Shown: one piece after another, positions 15,147 to 28,630 of the stretch | Layout: each line of letters begins with the position of its first letter | Position numbering within the stretch: position 1 is the stretch's first letter | Notes under the pieces: model-generated | Database searches by the model: none | Seen by the model: only the letters and a program-made list of their open reading frames with translations | Told to the model about the DNA's origin: nothing | Translations under genes and position numbers: made by a program | NCBI GenBank assembly: GCA_009103225.1 | Contig: RHPI01001292.1 | Coordinates: forward strand, 287,243-351,242 | Origin: Chlorokybus atmophyticus | Lineage: Eukaryota > Plantae > Mesostigma and Chlorokybus algae | Direction of reading: 5' to 3' | DNA: 64,000 nt

Positions 15147-18100
15147 ATGTCTACTAGAACAGCTGCTTGTTGCTCGACGTCTTTGGCCTGGCCCGCAGCT
15201 GCTCTTCCCCCGAGGCTGAGGGGCCGACCAAGCCTGAGCTGCTCCCCCCGCCGCCTTCCGGCTGTGCTGTGTTCAGGCGACCCTCGTTGCAATGCTGGAA
15301 GGCGCGTTGGGTCTGTTGCTGCTGGCGCAGCTGTAGCGCTGGTTGCTTGGCCGTTGGTGGTAAGCAGTAGCTGCTTGCCTTTTTTCAGTCATCTCAAATG
15401 CTCTAGGCAAGTAGGAGAGGGCCTGGCCACAAGACTTGTTTGCCATGTGCATGACCTTCTAGTTCGCAGTAAGAAGTTACAATGCACTGTGCGTTTCAAG
15501 TGCAACACAAGATGGCCCTACAGATAAGAAGGCCTACACACCGTTGCGACTCAAGTGAAGAGTCAGTTCTTTCTTCAGGCGCAGTCGTCACCCGCATTTG
15601 GGGCGTGCATTGCAGCTATATTGGACATACACAGCGCAGCAAGCTGCAAGAGGAGACAGCATGTATTTGTAGTGTTGTTGCAATTCCTCAACAGGCATGC
15701 TTGACAGTCGTAAAGCAGCGAGGTTTTGCCGTAATGAGTGCTATGCTCTCGCTTGTTTATATTGGTAACACCTAGACTGCACACACTGTCATCCAAGCGC
15801 ACGAACTTCCATGAATGCAAGTATACAACTGGAAAGAAACTGTTCTTGGGACCCTCTCCCTTGCATGCTCGCGCACTATAAATGCTACATTCAAGAGCTT
15901 GCACTCTGTCTTCATCGCGTCTCAAGTGTGGCAGCGCTCAAACATTGGCACACCGATGGCAGGGCACCGATGGTGTGAGCGCACACGAGTGGAGTGCATC
16001 CACGAGCAGCGAGCCTGAAAACCTCATTGCCCAATTTGCTTTCGCCCGCTCCTTCACTGTGTTTGATGCTTCACAATCGCTGATCGCTCCAGAGCTCACT
16101 GTTCGACGAGCTTCACAGCCACTGCTGATTGGGCGGCCTACAGCAACTGTAGCACATGCTGATGGTGATCACCTCCTAGCATCCAGCAGCCTGCCCAGCA
16201 ACGCGGATGATGCTTGCGAACCTGAGCGTGCGCTCGCCGACGAGTTGATTCAATACCGCGACGCCGCCGTGCCAAGAGGCACCATGCATCCGCACACAGC
16301 GTACCACCCGCATTGTAAACAGACACCTGGTGGCCAAGAGGTTGACACTAACTTGCTAAGGCTGCCAATCGGCAGCGTCAAGTTTTGGGAGCTCAGCAGC
16401 TGTTGTATAGGTCAGTCTCTGCATGTATTTGCTTTAATATGCCAATGTCTGCTGCAGAAAAAAAAATCTCATGCCTTTGGCCTGGTCCAGGAGTGGTGCT
16501 TTTTGCGGGATTGATGTCAGGCCTTACGCTCGGTCTCATGTCGTTGAGTGTTGTGGACTTAGAGGTAAGGCTCTTTGATGTGTAGGCCACAGTGTGTTTC
16601 CAATGTATTGTATTTGGCTTGTATTGGTGCTGAGCTGTACACTTGCGTGGCCAGGTGTTGAGGCGCTCCGGCACTCCTCAGCAAAGACTAGATGCCGCCA
16701 AGGTCCTGCCCTTGGTCAAGGTGAGCACTGGTAGACTTGTGCATGTGATGGTTTTCCTTTGATGGCGTCATAGTCACAGCCCCTTGTCTACGCAGAATCA
16801 GCACTATCTGTTGGTGACGTTGCTGCTATGCAATGCGGTTGCTATGGAGGCGCTGCCATTGTTCTTGGACGAGCTTGTCCATGAAGTGGTGGCGCTCGTG
16901 CTGTCCGTCACAGTGGTGCTTTTTGTCGGAGAAATCATACCCCAAGTATGCCTTGCTGCTGCTTCTGTTGCATGTGCCTGCCGTCAACAAGTATGTCAGT
17001 AGTTGCTATCTCGCAGGCTGTGTGCAAGCATTATGGCGTTGCTGTTGGGGCCAGGGCGGCAGGCTTTGTGCGTGGTTTGATGACGTTGGCGTATCCTATA
17101 GCCTATCCCGTCAGTAAGGTACAACAATAACTTGTGTATTCGTGGTGGACGGTGCTCACTTTCTGTACACCCATTGATCCTTGTATGTGCAAACCTTGGC
17201 AATGTGTGCGCCGTCTGGTGAAGGACGTTTCAATCCCTTGTGCTTCATGTGCTGATGTCCTGCAACATGGCAGCTGCTGGATGCAACACTTGGCAGCGAC
17301 CACTGCCACACCATGCGCAGGTGCGTGAGTACCGTGCATAGTTGTAGCAATCATGTTGATGGAATTGGTCTTACCTTACCTTGGTGCAGGGCGGAGCTGA
17401 AGGCTTTGGTGCTTCTACACGATGCGCACGAGGGCATTGGTGGAGAGTTGACGACTGATGAGGCAACCATAATTTCCGGCATCCTTGACCTTAAGGTGAG
17501 CATGTTGGTTCTCAATCAATGAAGGATTTTAAGATGATTGCCACTGATCAAGCATACTACTAACACACACTCATCCGCAGGAGAAAAGCGTGCGAACAAA
17601 GATGACCCCCTTGGATCAAGTATTCATGCTATCAGACGACAGCGTCTTGGACATGGAGACTCTTGGCGCAGTAATCGCTGCTGGACACTCCCGTATACCT
17701 GTCTTCAGGGTACGAGTTGGGTGTGTGCTGCAAAATGGAGGCTTGTTGGTTAGCGTTGTTGGTCTCACCCTCATGCTGCGCACGTTGTCCCCAGGAAGGT
17801 ATGAAGAACCACATCCGTGGCTTTCTGAGCGTCAAGAATATGATAATGCTGGATGCACAGGTATACCCACGTATGCATGACATGTGCACAGCGTTGGGTG
17901 CCTTTTGTTTCAGGTATTGGTTGCATTTGGTCTCATTGTGGATGTTTGCATACTAGGCACAGGTTGCTATTTTGTCCATGCCGCTGCGAAGGCCACCCCG
18001 CGTTAGCGCGGACATGCCAATGAGCGAGATGATGGAGGTTTTCCACAAAGCCAAGGCGCAGATGGCTATTGTGGTGGATGTGCCAGTCAACTTATCAAAA

Positions 18101-18775
18101 CTGTTGTCGAAAATAGAGGTAAGTTGTCAGGAGTACTGTCCGCTTTGTCATCGCTTTAGCCATGCTTCGACCTGATTAATAGCAGAAAATTATCATGTGA
18201 CATACAACTGTTATTGGCAGCTGGAAGATGCTCCAGCACTTGGGATCATTACGCTTTCAGACGTTGTTGAAGCACTTGTACAGAAGGAGTTGTATGACGG
18301 AGTTGATCACGAAATTGACGAGGATGTGCGATACCTCAACCGTCTGGTCAGTCTTAAACCATAAGCACAGGGTCTTATCCTAGGCAGTTGCGCAACATGC
18401 ATGCTGCGGAGGCGATGTGCAATGCAAGTCTTGAACTCCTCATCTGGCTTGCAGGTCAATGATGCAAGGAGGAAGCTGTCGCTTGTTGCTCATGTTGTGC
18501 AAACACCCGACACAACACTGTCGGCGGCAATCGAGTTGGCAAAGCTTACAAACACGACATCGGAGCAGCTGAGCGGCCGGTTGAGTCCCCGTTTGATGGC
18601 ATCGTCAGGACGGCTGAGTCCTGCATCCTTGCATGTCCGCAATGGCATTGCTACTGGCAGGTTCCATGACCTCCGCAGCAGAGATCCTCCCGGCGATAAT
18701 AGCTCCGATGAGGAAGAAGATGAGCGCGCTAATGACAAGACTAAGCTTCTTGCAAGCAAAGTGCGCAAGTCGTAG
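15147..18775 (+). CDS. DUF21/CNNM transmembrane plus CBS-pair metal (Mg2+) transporter-like protein with long N-terminal extension
   Basis: Spliced exons give [101 protein letters not shown] and [12 protein letters not shown]. Stop at 18775. The 5' start (ATG 15147, transit-peptide-like exon) is tentative. Confidence 0.85.
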
Positions 18776-19671
18776 CGTTGAGAGCGAGTAGTCAACTGGC
18801 AGAATACACCCCCACACCCCCAATAAGGACAGCTTTTGCTAAGAAGTTGTATATGGGCGACATACACCTGTACTTGTACCCGGAGCGGTCAGTTGTGTGT
18901 AACATGTTGTAGTGTTGCCTACATGTTCCGTTAACCTGTAGCAATGCGCGAGCACACTGCAGATCATATGGCACGCATGTTTCTTGGCAATATTGTAAAA
19001 CCCAGTAACAGTGCAAACTCAAGCATGGTAACTTTATATTGCACTGTGTGTCATTACTGTTGTACCAGTGTTTCACAATTGTTGTACCAGCGGAGTCTCA
19101 ATGGATGTATTTGTCCAAGTTCGTGTCCAACTCCCACAACCCCACCCTTCGCAGCATAGTCAATTAGCGCGTTGCACGTGACAAAGCATCAATCCTTCGT
19201 GCTTGGTGCATCACAGCGCAGCTAGAGATACCTGGGCAATGCGAGTGGTAGCATTGCTAGTACTTGCGGTGTAGTTGTGCTTGGCGCGGATCGTGGATAC
19301 ATTGATCGCTACAGTGCTTGTTGTGCGTATAGGAAGCAGTCCTCGCAGCTGGACAGCATTAAGCATTCAGCATGCCTGTTCTGTTTGACCTGATGCCTGT
19401 GTAGTGTTTATTGTACTGTCGGCGTTAACCACCAAAGCTCTTCGCATTCACAACTTACTTACTGCCAACCCTCAGGCAGCACAACAACAGCTACACGGTC
19501 ATGTGCAAGCATAACGTAGGGGTGTAGTCCCAATCATTCCAAAGCAACATCCATAAGAACAAGAACGCAACAGCTACAAGGCATACTGAAGACAATCTGA
19601 TTGACATCATACAAGGCTTCATAGCTTCGCGCTCAAGCCCTTACTAGACTACTCCCATACAAACAATGCGA

Positions 19672-22600
19672 TTACAACTCTCTGGTCTTGCGCCGCAGCT
19701 CTTCCAGCTCCTGATCAATTGCTGATGGCACAGGCCGTCCAGGAGGAAGCTCCGGTGTCTGCCACAAGCAAGAACATGTCAACTTGCATGCATGGATAAA
19801 GTATGCAGCTGTGGTCACTGATGCATACGAGGTCGTACTGTCACCTGCCCAATCTTGCTAACTGCATTTGCAAAAGATCACAAACGGGGTGCGTATGCAC
19901 ATCTACATTTGCACAATTGCATATGCGCGTGCATTCAGCTGCGCAACTATAAACGCAGATCACACAGTACATGCGCAGCAAACCATACCTTTTTGCTGCT
20001 GGTGTCTGCAAGCATGCCCTTCTTCATTTTTGCAAGCTCGTCCTCAACATCATTGCTTTCAAGAAGCAGGAACTGGACAGATCACACATCAACAAGCAGC
20101 ACACCATAGCAATAAAACTGCACTGTTGACATCAATAGAAAGGCTCGCGCTACAGCAGAGTCAATCAACCAGCAAGCTCACCTTGGAGGAGAGGTCGTCA
20201 GTAGTCAGCTGAGCAACAGACTCAGCCTCTGCCTCCATAGCCAGCACTATCACAAGCAATCAAAGTCAGACGTCACCAAACCAATGACACCGCAAGGAGC
20301 GTGACTCAGTAGGTTGAGATTACCTTTCTCCTCCATGCGGTCAAAAGCGGCCAAGGCGTTGCTGCTGTTCATGTTGCCAACCATCTCCTGCACCTTCTGG
20401 CTTGTCCTGCGGTAGGTAGCACTCATCAGTTGGGCTTGCAAGAGTCCAGGAGTGCACTCGGTAGTACTCATATTTGCCACCAGTTGCAAGGTACGGGTTT
20501 CAGCAACAGATTTACTTTGCAGACTGAGCCCGCGCCTTGAGGGTATCCTTCTTGGACCTTGCTTCAGCCATCTTGCTCTCCAACATCTGTGAATGTGGAT
20601 GTGGATGTGAATCAGAAAGGCATCAGCAAATTGAACGGTGACAAAAGCTTCTGCATATCAAAGCACAACAACAGGAAACAACATACCCGGGTGCTGCTGA
20701 TCAGCTTCTCAACAGCCCCCTGCTGAGCTGTCAGCTGTGACTTCAGGGACTCGGCATTTTCCTGCAAGAAGTTGTCAATCACACTTTAGTACCCACACTC
20801 TGATGACTCATGTCGCAGCAATCACTAACACACCACTGCCTCGCGACTACAGCACTGCTTGTGGCTAATATACCAAGTAGCTCTTCCTTCGCTTCAACGC
20901 CTCCTTTGCCAGCTCATCATCACCCTTCTGGATGGCCAACTGTGCACGACGATACCTGTAAACAGTTGCACGAATTGCAATTGAGATCAAGTAAAATAAA
21001 ATAAGATAAAGGAGTGGGGAATTGCATACCAAGTGTGCAATTGCAACGCTCAGAAAACAATCAGTAACAGATTGAGGGTACTGTACCAGTCGTCCGCTGT
21101 TGCAGCGGCCTGCTTGTATTTATTTTCTAATTGCTTGGAGCTTGCCATGACTTGCGCAGAGGCTTGCCGCATCTTTATCAGATCCTCGTTCATTTCTTGC
21201 ACTGTCTGTTCCAAAATCTTCTCCGGGTCCTCCGCGGCGGACACGATGGCATTTGCATAAGACTGCACATATACCATGACTGAGAGGATAGCGCAAGACT
21301 GACATAGGCACACACGTTGACAGAAAAGTGTAGTGTCTTGACACCAATACTACTGCTAAACTTCCAGTGTGTGGCGGCTTGGACGCCATGTCTCACACCA
21401 AGTTACAATTTACCTTCACAACCCGGACAACACGCGAGAAAAGGTTCATCTGGGTCGTCAGTGGACCACCATACTGATGGGCGCCATCAGTTGACTCACT
21501 GTAGCTGCAACTGGTAGCTTGCTGCGTCACAGCTGAGAAAGCATTCCCTGCAAGATACACCTGTATCAGCACAGGTACCATAGCACACAGCAGACTACCA
21601 AGATTTGTAGCGAGTATTCTGTTCAAGTGACAACTTGTTAATGAACAACACAGCGAGCACACAACCCCTTTGCTTGTCAGAACAACAAAACACGCCCACC
21701 AACAAGTTGCAATTGAGTTGTAATAGCTCTGTGATTAAGATATACAACAAAGCTGTGGAATTTGAGCAGGGTGCGCACGCAAAAACCGATACATGGATAG
21801 TTGTGTGCATATAAGTGCATAATTAACTGCTGCATGAAGGCTAGTTGAATGACGTGATGCATGGTGCAGACGACTCTGAAAGGTCACACACAACAGCAGA
21901 CTTGCATGCATCTGTGCCTGTGGTGCCAAATGTGCAGCAGATGCGACTTCTGATCTGGTGATGGCTACTGTCAACCTCTCCAGCCCGAAGTCTACGATGC
22001 ACACATGGGCCATGAGGTTGGCCCCGACACAAGCAGCCAACTTGATTGCTGAGTGCAACGTGCGCTGCGTAAATAGCTTCAGTGCCGGCCAGGACAGGGA
22101 GAGAGCTGCAGCTGACAGGAGTAATCTGTAAACGTCGCACGAATAGACACAACTTCATTCGCCAAGCAAGGTATGCTTGTGACACTGTTTGCAAAAAGAA
22201 ACGCCATATGACAGCAAGAGCTCCTCAAGGGCTTGTGCGTGTGTGACCATGTGTGGGTCTGTCCACAACAGACTGTAGAAACGTGCGACCAACAGCAACC
22301 GTCGGTCTCCCCCCGTTCGGCGCCACCACCTCCGTGTGGGGTCCCCAACAGTTGCATGCAAGCGAAGGCACAACTATGGTGCAACCACACAACAAGCTTC
22401 AACCCACCTCCATCAAAGAAGCTGGACTGCAAGGAAGACCGCAAGAAGGAGCTCCTGGGCGGCACGGCAGCAACCCTCCGACGAGGTGCAGCCTGGGCGC
22501 AAGGCGCCCCGGCCTGGCCCGACCTGGTTGCGGTCACCCGCAGACCGGCCGGGAGGGAGCGCGGCGCCACGACGGCGGACATGCCCACAACCTGCGCCAT
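19672..22600 (-). CDS. VIPP1: Vesicle-inducing protein in plastids 1 (PspA/IM30, ESCRT-III family) with plastid transit peptide
   Basis: Spliced: [11 protein letters not shown] (transit peptide)...[40 protein letters not shown]...[23 protein letters not shown]...[16 protein letters not shown]...[20 protein letters not shown]...PELPPGRP...[15 protein letters not shown]-stop. Confidence 0.95.
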
Positions 22601-22710
22601 ATGCGATGACGTGGAGCCCCTCAACCTCAGCAGCAGCAGCAGCGGCGGCGGCGATAGCCACCTGAAGACTTCGGCTGACGAGCTGCCAGCTGGCACCAAA
22701 GTCACCAATA

Positions 22711-22719
22711 TTAGGGTTT
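22711..22719 (-). promoter_or_regulatory. Telo-box AAACCCTAA upstream of VIPP1
   Basis: Exact motif about 110 nt upstream of the VIPP1 ATG. Confidence 0.5.
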
Positions 22720-24320
22720 GAAACTGACGCGGAGCAATGTGGATTTCAATGGTTGGCCGACGTGGACGCTCCGCGTTGCAAGCTGTTCATCAGCATGTTG
22801 TGATTGATCTACATACATGTATCAAGCACCTTGCGAAGGCCCGTTTCAATTGGTGACTCACAGTTTGTCAGGTCTGTTTCCTGGCCATCCAGTCACGGGA
22901 GTATGCTTATTCATTGGCCAGCCGCAAGCTCCATCGGCAATGATGTATAAGCACCGTATAAGCATTCTGTCAGACAAGCCCAACAGATAAACAGTGCCCT
23001 GGAAAATTAGCAGTCAAGTTATAGATTTTCAACCTTCGAACCTTGACTTGAACTGCTGATTGGCCGGTAGGCTGGCCACTGCGTGTGGCATGTACGGGTA
23101 GAGGCTATGTACGGCTACAGAGACCAATAGACTGCTTACCAGCAGCACAGTATGGATCAATTACATTAGTCCATTACTATCACTGCAGTGCATGATTATG
23201 TATATACGGCGCGAGTTTGGGCTATTGTTATCGGTAACACTTGCGAGCAAGCAAGTGATGTCAGAATTGCATGCTCTATGAGTGTAGCATCCGTTTTACA
23301 AAGTGCGTATGATTTGTATGAATAATGCATTTATTGATACGGCATAACACGTAAATTGATGTTACTTATTGACGATTTACAAGGAATTGCCAATGGTCTA
23401 ACCTGATGTGCATTTGTTTGTAGTTGTTGTTATGCTAGAGACCTCCGGGATGCACATATATGTCGTGTGTTATTATTGTCGCATAAATTCATATATTTTT
23501 CTCAACCATTAGCGCCTTTGGCTGATGTGGCACAGGGCACGTGAAATACTATCGTTCCGTAGCATCATGCATCAGTAAAAGCAACATGCCTAAATATCCA
23601 TACAATAGAGTTGCCATTAATACAATGAATACTCAATATATCCATTTCGCCGCCAAAAATGATGTGTTACAATGGCAAGTTGCGGCAATTATTATGGTGC
23701 TGCTGCTTTTGGTGAGGCGCTTCTATTTGCTTTATAACCTGCCTTATTGAGTGCGTTGTTGTGGGGCTTAATGCACTACTTCTTTGAAGGAAGTTCATTG
23801 CTGTTGTTATCGCTGTCAGCTGTGTGCTCCAAAACAAAAATGCACATGTTTGCAAACCAAAATGACAAGTAGTGGACATATAACTTTCCCTTGCAGCATG
23901 CACTATTTGAAGGCAGTTTTAGTGGGGAAATGAGGGGAAACACGTTGAGGGGCCAACCAAGCATAGTAATGGTATCTTAAAATTGGGATTGCAATTTGCA
24001 TATTGTTTTTACTAGTTCACCTCGTTGTTTTTCAAGCCGCAACCTTTGCCCTCTACTTAGAATGTTATATATCCTCAAACTGGCTTTTGATTTTCATAAA
24101 ATGTGATTTGTGCAACCACCGCCACACCTGCACCCTCTACTATACTAGTTAACATATGGTCAACGAAGATGGTGCTAATGTTGTTGTCAGTGTATGTTTG
24201 TGTAGCGCCGTGCCAATGTCACTTTCTGAAATTTAGCCTTATCATTATTGCATATACATGCCACAACGAGTAAGATGTAGCTATTGTTTATGATCAACTT
24301 TACGATTAGGCATTGCTTGC

Positions 24321-24686
24321 ATAATATGTATATACATATATATATATGTATATATTTATATGTATATTATATATGTGCTTTTTTGCTTGGCGCGTTTAAT
24401 GTCTGAATTGCAATATGTTCATACTTTTACAACCGGGATGGTTTAGCTGATTACTTGATTGCAGTTGTTGTACATATTCTTATCAAACTCGTTGCTTATT
24501 TTTGCAGTGCATGAGATATCTTGGGCTTGACAAGTACTTCTTGTGTATGTATATATGTATATATACGTATCTATACATATACATATATACATTAAAATGT
24601 ATATATATACATATATGTACATACATATGTATACGTATATATATAAATATATATATACATATATATGTATGTATATGCATATATAT
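24321..24686. repeat. Degenerate (TA)n/(TATG)n microsatellite tracts (24321-24375 and 24543-24686)
   Basis: Directly visible TA/CATA-rich low-complexity runs. Confidence 0.85.
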
Positions 24687-25341
24687 TGCATATCGTGTTC
24701 GTGTGAATACAACCCCCTTTTACAAATGAAGGCCCCTCATTAAATATTTTAGATGTGCATGCAGTTGATGGCTGAACAGTTTGGCTTTCCGCTCCTGAAG
24801 TGCTAATCGAGTTGGTTTGCGAATGGACATATTGTTGCACTACAGTATCATCATTGCTGCAATCTATTATTAATGAGTGTCATCATGAAATGAGTATGGT
24901 TTCAATGCATGTATACCCACGTCACACTGTAATCTACACTATCATATCAATGCATTTCAGATGCACTTGAGTTAAGTGCATAAATTAACGCGTGTGTTCA
25001 ATCCGGAAAGCCTAACTCTGTGGCAGCATTGCACGTCAATAATAAGCACCACAACATTACACATTACACAACATTACACATATGCATCTGTCCAATGCGA
25101 CCAAAGCATGTAGAAGTATACTACCGTAGTAGACATACCAGTGGTATTTGAAGCGGTGTACCTTCAGTACATGTGGGGCACTTATGGTTGCCTTCGCAAC
25201 TTGTGGACTTCACACGTATTGGCCAAGGTGTCACTGAAAGTGGGACAGTGACGTTGTCACATCTAAAAATGTGTCACTTGGTGGCTGCAACTTGCGGGTA
25301 AGCCCTAAATTCAAGCTGTTTGAACGTAGCTAGCAGGCGCA

Positions 25342-25343
25342 AT

Positions 25344-25374
<31 letters not shown>

Positions 25375-27661
25375 ACGTCGGCCTCGTCGTCGGCATTGTC
25401 CAGGACGTCGGCAAGCAGCGGGAGTGCGAGGCCTTGGGCTGCAAGACAGACGCTACCCCCAGCGAAGCCGGAACGGCGGAGACGTTGCCTGTCCAATGCA
25501 CGGCCGGCGGTGCGGGCGGAGGCCTCTGTGTCCCCCTCCTCCGCCGCCGTCAGGAGGGAGCCGTCGGTGGTGGCGGAGCAGGTTACCGCCTTCGCTCCCG
25601 CTACCATTGCCAATCTTGGCCCTGGCTTTGACTTCCTTGGGGTTGCGGTTGAAGGAGGCGGCGATGAGGTGAGCGGCTACTGGTATGTGCGTGAAATAGG
25701 TTTGCTTTTTACAGGATGCGCCTGCCGGATTTAAGCGTGGCTTGCATGCTGCTGTTCTTATTCTCGCACATTGCTGTGATGCACACGAATGCTGGATTTT
25801 ATGCTTTGTATCTTTTGGTGTTGTTGATGCGTTGTGGCCATTGTGTTTGACATGCTGGTCGCATCACGACCATGCACGTTGCCTCTGGAATGCATGCTCG
25901 GTCCTGCAAGCTTCTACACACACATCGTGTTTATGGCACCCGCACCTGCACAGGCACACCAACAAGCATACGCACGAGCACATGCGCACACGCTCATACA
26001 CGCGCGCACGCTCATACACACGCGCGTCCACCTGCACCTGCGCAGGCACACGCTCATGTACCCACGTGTCCACCTGCATGGCCGTATGCACAACACTTTG
26101 GCTGCTGTCAGTGGAGACGCTACACATTCTTGTCACTGACTACGTGCCCCTGCCTTTGCAACAGCTTATATGGCATGCCTGCAGGTGGACGCGCGGGCGC
26201 TGCCGGACAGGCCCGGGGAGGTTGTAATCGAGTCCGTGAGTGGTGACGGCGGGCGCTTGTCGTTGGACCCACTGGACAACTGCGCGGGCGTGGCGGCAGC
26301 GGCCGTGCTGAGGCGGTTGATGAGTGATGGTAGTAGTGCGGTTGTTCCCGGCGTCGCGCTCACCCTCCGCAAAGGCCTCCCACTCGGCAGCGGCATGGGC
26401 TCATCCGCGGCCTCTGCTGCTGCTGCTGCGTGGGCGGTCAATGCCCTGCTCGGGGAACCACTCAGCAAAGAGGTGAGTATGTAGTTCTCTTGAGTTATAC
26501 GACATGCACACACGGGCCTTGTCTCACACAGCTTTAAATGCACGCTCGTATGCACGCACACATGCGAGCGAGATGCATGGAGAGGGTGCTTGCGTGCATG
26601 TTTACGCACGCGTGTGGACATGTGCATGTGCATGTGGATTGCCGTGTGTCTGTTGTAAGAATACATCAGCATAAGAGTATTGCTTAAACAGATGCCGTGG
26701 TGTTAGGACCTTGTGCCGGCGGGATTGGAGGCCGAAGCAGCTGTCTCAGGCTATCATGCCGATAACGTCGGCCCCGCCATCATGGGCGGGTTCCTCCTCA
26801 TCCGCAGCTACGACCCTCTTGAGCTCATACGGCTCCCTTACGGCGGCAACTCACTCTGGTACTGCATGCTTGAGTAAAGTAGTTGAGATAAAGCTCAGCT
26901 GTGCGTTGTCATGGCGTTGATGGCATGAATCCCAACACAGGTTTGTTCTCGTCACACCCGACTTTGAAGCGCCAACGAAGCAGATGCGTGCTGTCCTGGC
27001 GAAGGAGGTTTCCATGCACACGCACGTAGTGAACGCTGCGCAGGGCGCCGCCCTCACCAATGCCATACTCACTGGCAACGCCGCATTGCTGGGCTCGTGC
27101 CTGGGTAAGTTTTGGTTTGTACGACGCGGCAATTCTCTCAGTGAATCTGTCTGCTATGCATGTGTTCGTAATGCATATAGCTGCGACTCGACCTTATCAC
27201 ATGTGTACATATGCACGCACGCAAGTGTGCATGCGCACATGCACGCACGCATGCACATGTATAGGCTTACTTGCACGCGCATACACAGGCACACGCACAC
27301 ACGCATACGCGCACACGCGCAAGCAAGTCCATGAGCACAAGCGCACGCACACGCGCGCACACATGTATTTGAACTGACTATCACTGCTGCAGATTCGGAC
27401 ACCATTGTGCAGCCGGTGCGGGAGCCTCTCATACCCGGTTTTGCGGAGGTGCGGGTTGCGGCGTTGAAGGCGGGTGCGTACGGGTGTGCGATAAGCGGGG
27501 CGGGGCCGACGGCGGTGGCTGTGGTGGACGACGAGGGGACGGGACGGAGGGCCGCAGCTGCCATGGTCGACGCCTTCCGCACGCACGGGGGACTCGACGC
27601 CAAAGGCAGTGTTGGCAGACTGGACAGTGTTGGCGCGCGCACTGTCAAAGTGCACAGATAG
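25342..27661 (+). CDS. HSK: Homoserine kinase, plastid-targeted (GHMP kinase), 5 exons
   Basis: Motifs FAPATIANLGPGFDFLG, KGLPLGSGMGSSAASAAA, SGYHADNVGPAIMGG and GCAISGAGPT. Exons start at 25342, 26185, 26707, about 26941 and about 27393. Ala/Ser-rich transit peptide. Stop at 27661. Confidence 0.96.
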
Positions 27662-28630
27662 TGACACACGTGCTTGACTGGTGTTTTTATATTTCAGCTT
27701 TGTCTACAACGTGTGTCGTTGCGCTGCTCGTGTTTGATGCACAGTTCGCTCCACAGAACGTGCTCGCGCCGTGGACATGCGCTGCAGCTATGTGGCAACA
27801 ACATACAAGTTGTGGTTTGCACAGCAAACCTCAAAGCATGCATTTCATACAGTATTTCATTAAGGACCCCTCACCTGCTCCCCTTTGCGCGCTGCATTGC
27901 TGGTGAACAGTTGACATGAGCCTCACCTTTGAGCATAATTGAATCCCTTGGCACGTGCTTGCGGTCACACGTTGCGCACTATTCTTCCTGATTGAGTAAA
28001 GGCCAGACATTGTCAACACACATGCATTGACATGTACAAAGCTAGACAATGCAATATGCAATGTGCTAGTCAATAAAGAACACGGCAAGGCATAGATTTT
28101 CCCAATAATTTGGGGGCCAGACCAGCGCTCAAACTAATAGAATAACTAGACCAGCTAGCCCTGACTGCTAAACAAAACTCTAGACTCTAACTAGAGTTTA
28201 GAGTCTCGGACAGCAGGCAGGGCAAGGCAAAGCAGCTAGATGTATGCGCATGCAACCTGTTCGCCAATGTGACTCTGCACCAACCAATCCCAACAAGTCG
28301 CAATCAGGTTTGAACACTGTTGTCTGCCTTGGACAGCAACAAGTTGGGGCTGGTTCCCTAAAACTACTGTCATGCAAAGTCCTGTACTGATGTGCAATTG
28401 TGTAATGAGAACTCGCAGCTGTCATACCGTACTGCATACTGCACAGTAGTGTCCAGAATGTACCAGCGCAATGTGGGATGTGGAATTGCTTAATAGAACG
28501 CCATGCTCGCTTGCGTTCAGCAGTTCTTTGTTCAGAAGCAGAGCTTGCACAGCCCCATGAATGAAAACGGCCAGCAGCTGAAATTGTATCAGACCTTTGT
28601 ACACACAATATGGACTGGAATGGCTTCAGA

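Noticed and set aside
19843-19860. Possible micro-exon in the last VIPP1 intron
   Set aside because: Flanking exons already join in phase 0 (SSKK/TPELPPG), and the best candidate (17 nt) would shift the frame.
24443-24840. Y/I/M-rich ORFs on both strands
   Set aside because: Translations of TA microsatellite.
28130-28250. CTAG/AGAC-rich patches (also 3930-3970, 43720-43830, 56260-56320) as a MITE family
   Set aside because: Only compositional similarity. I could not align them or find TIRs or target-site duplications.
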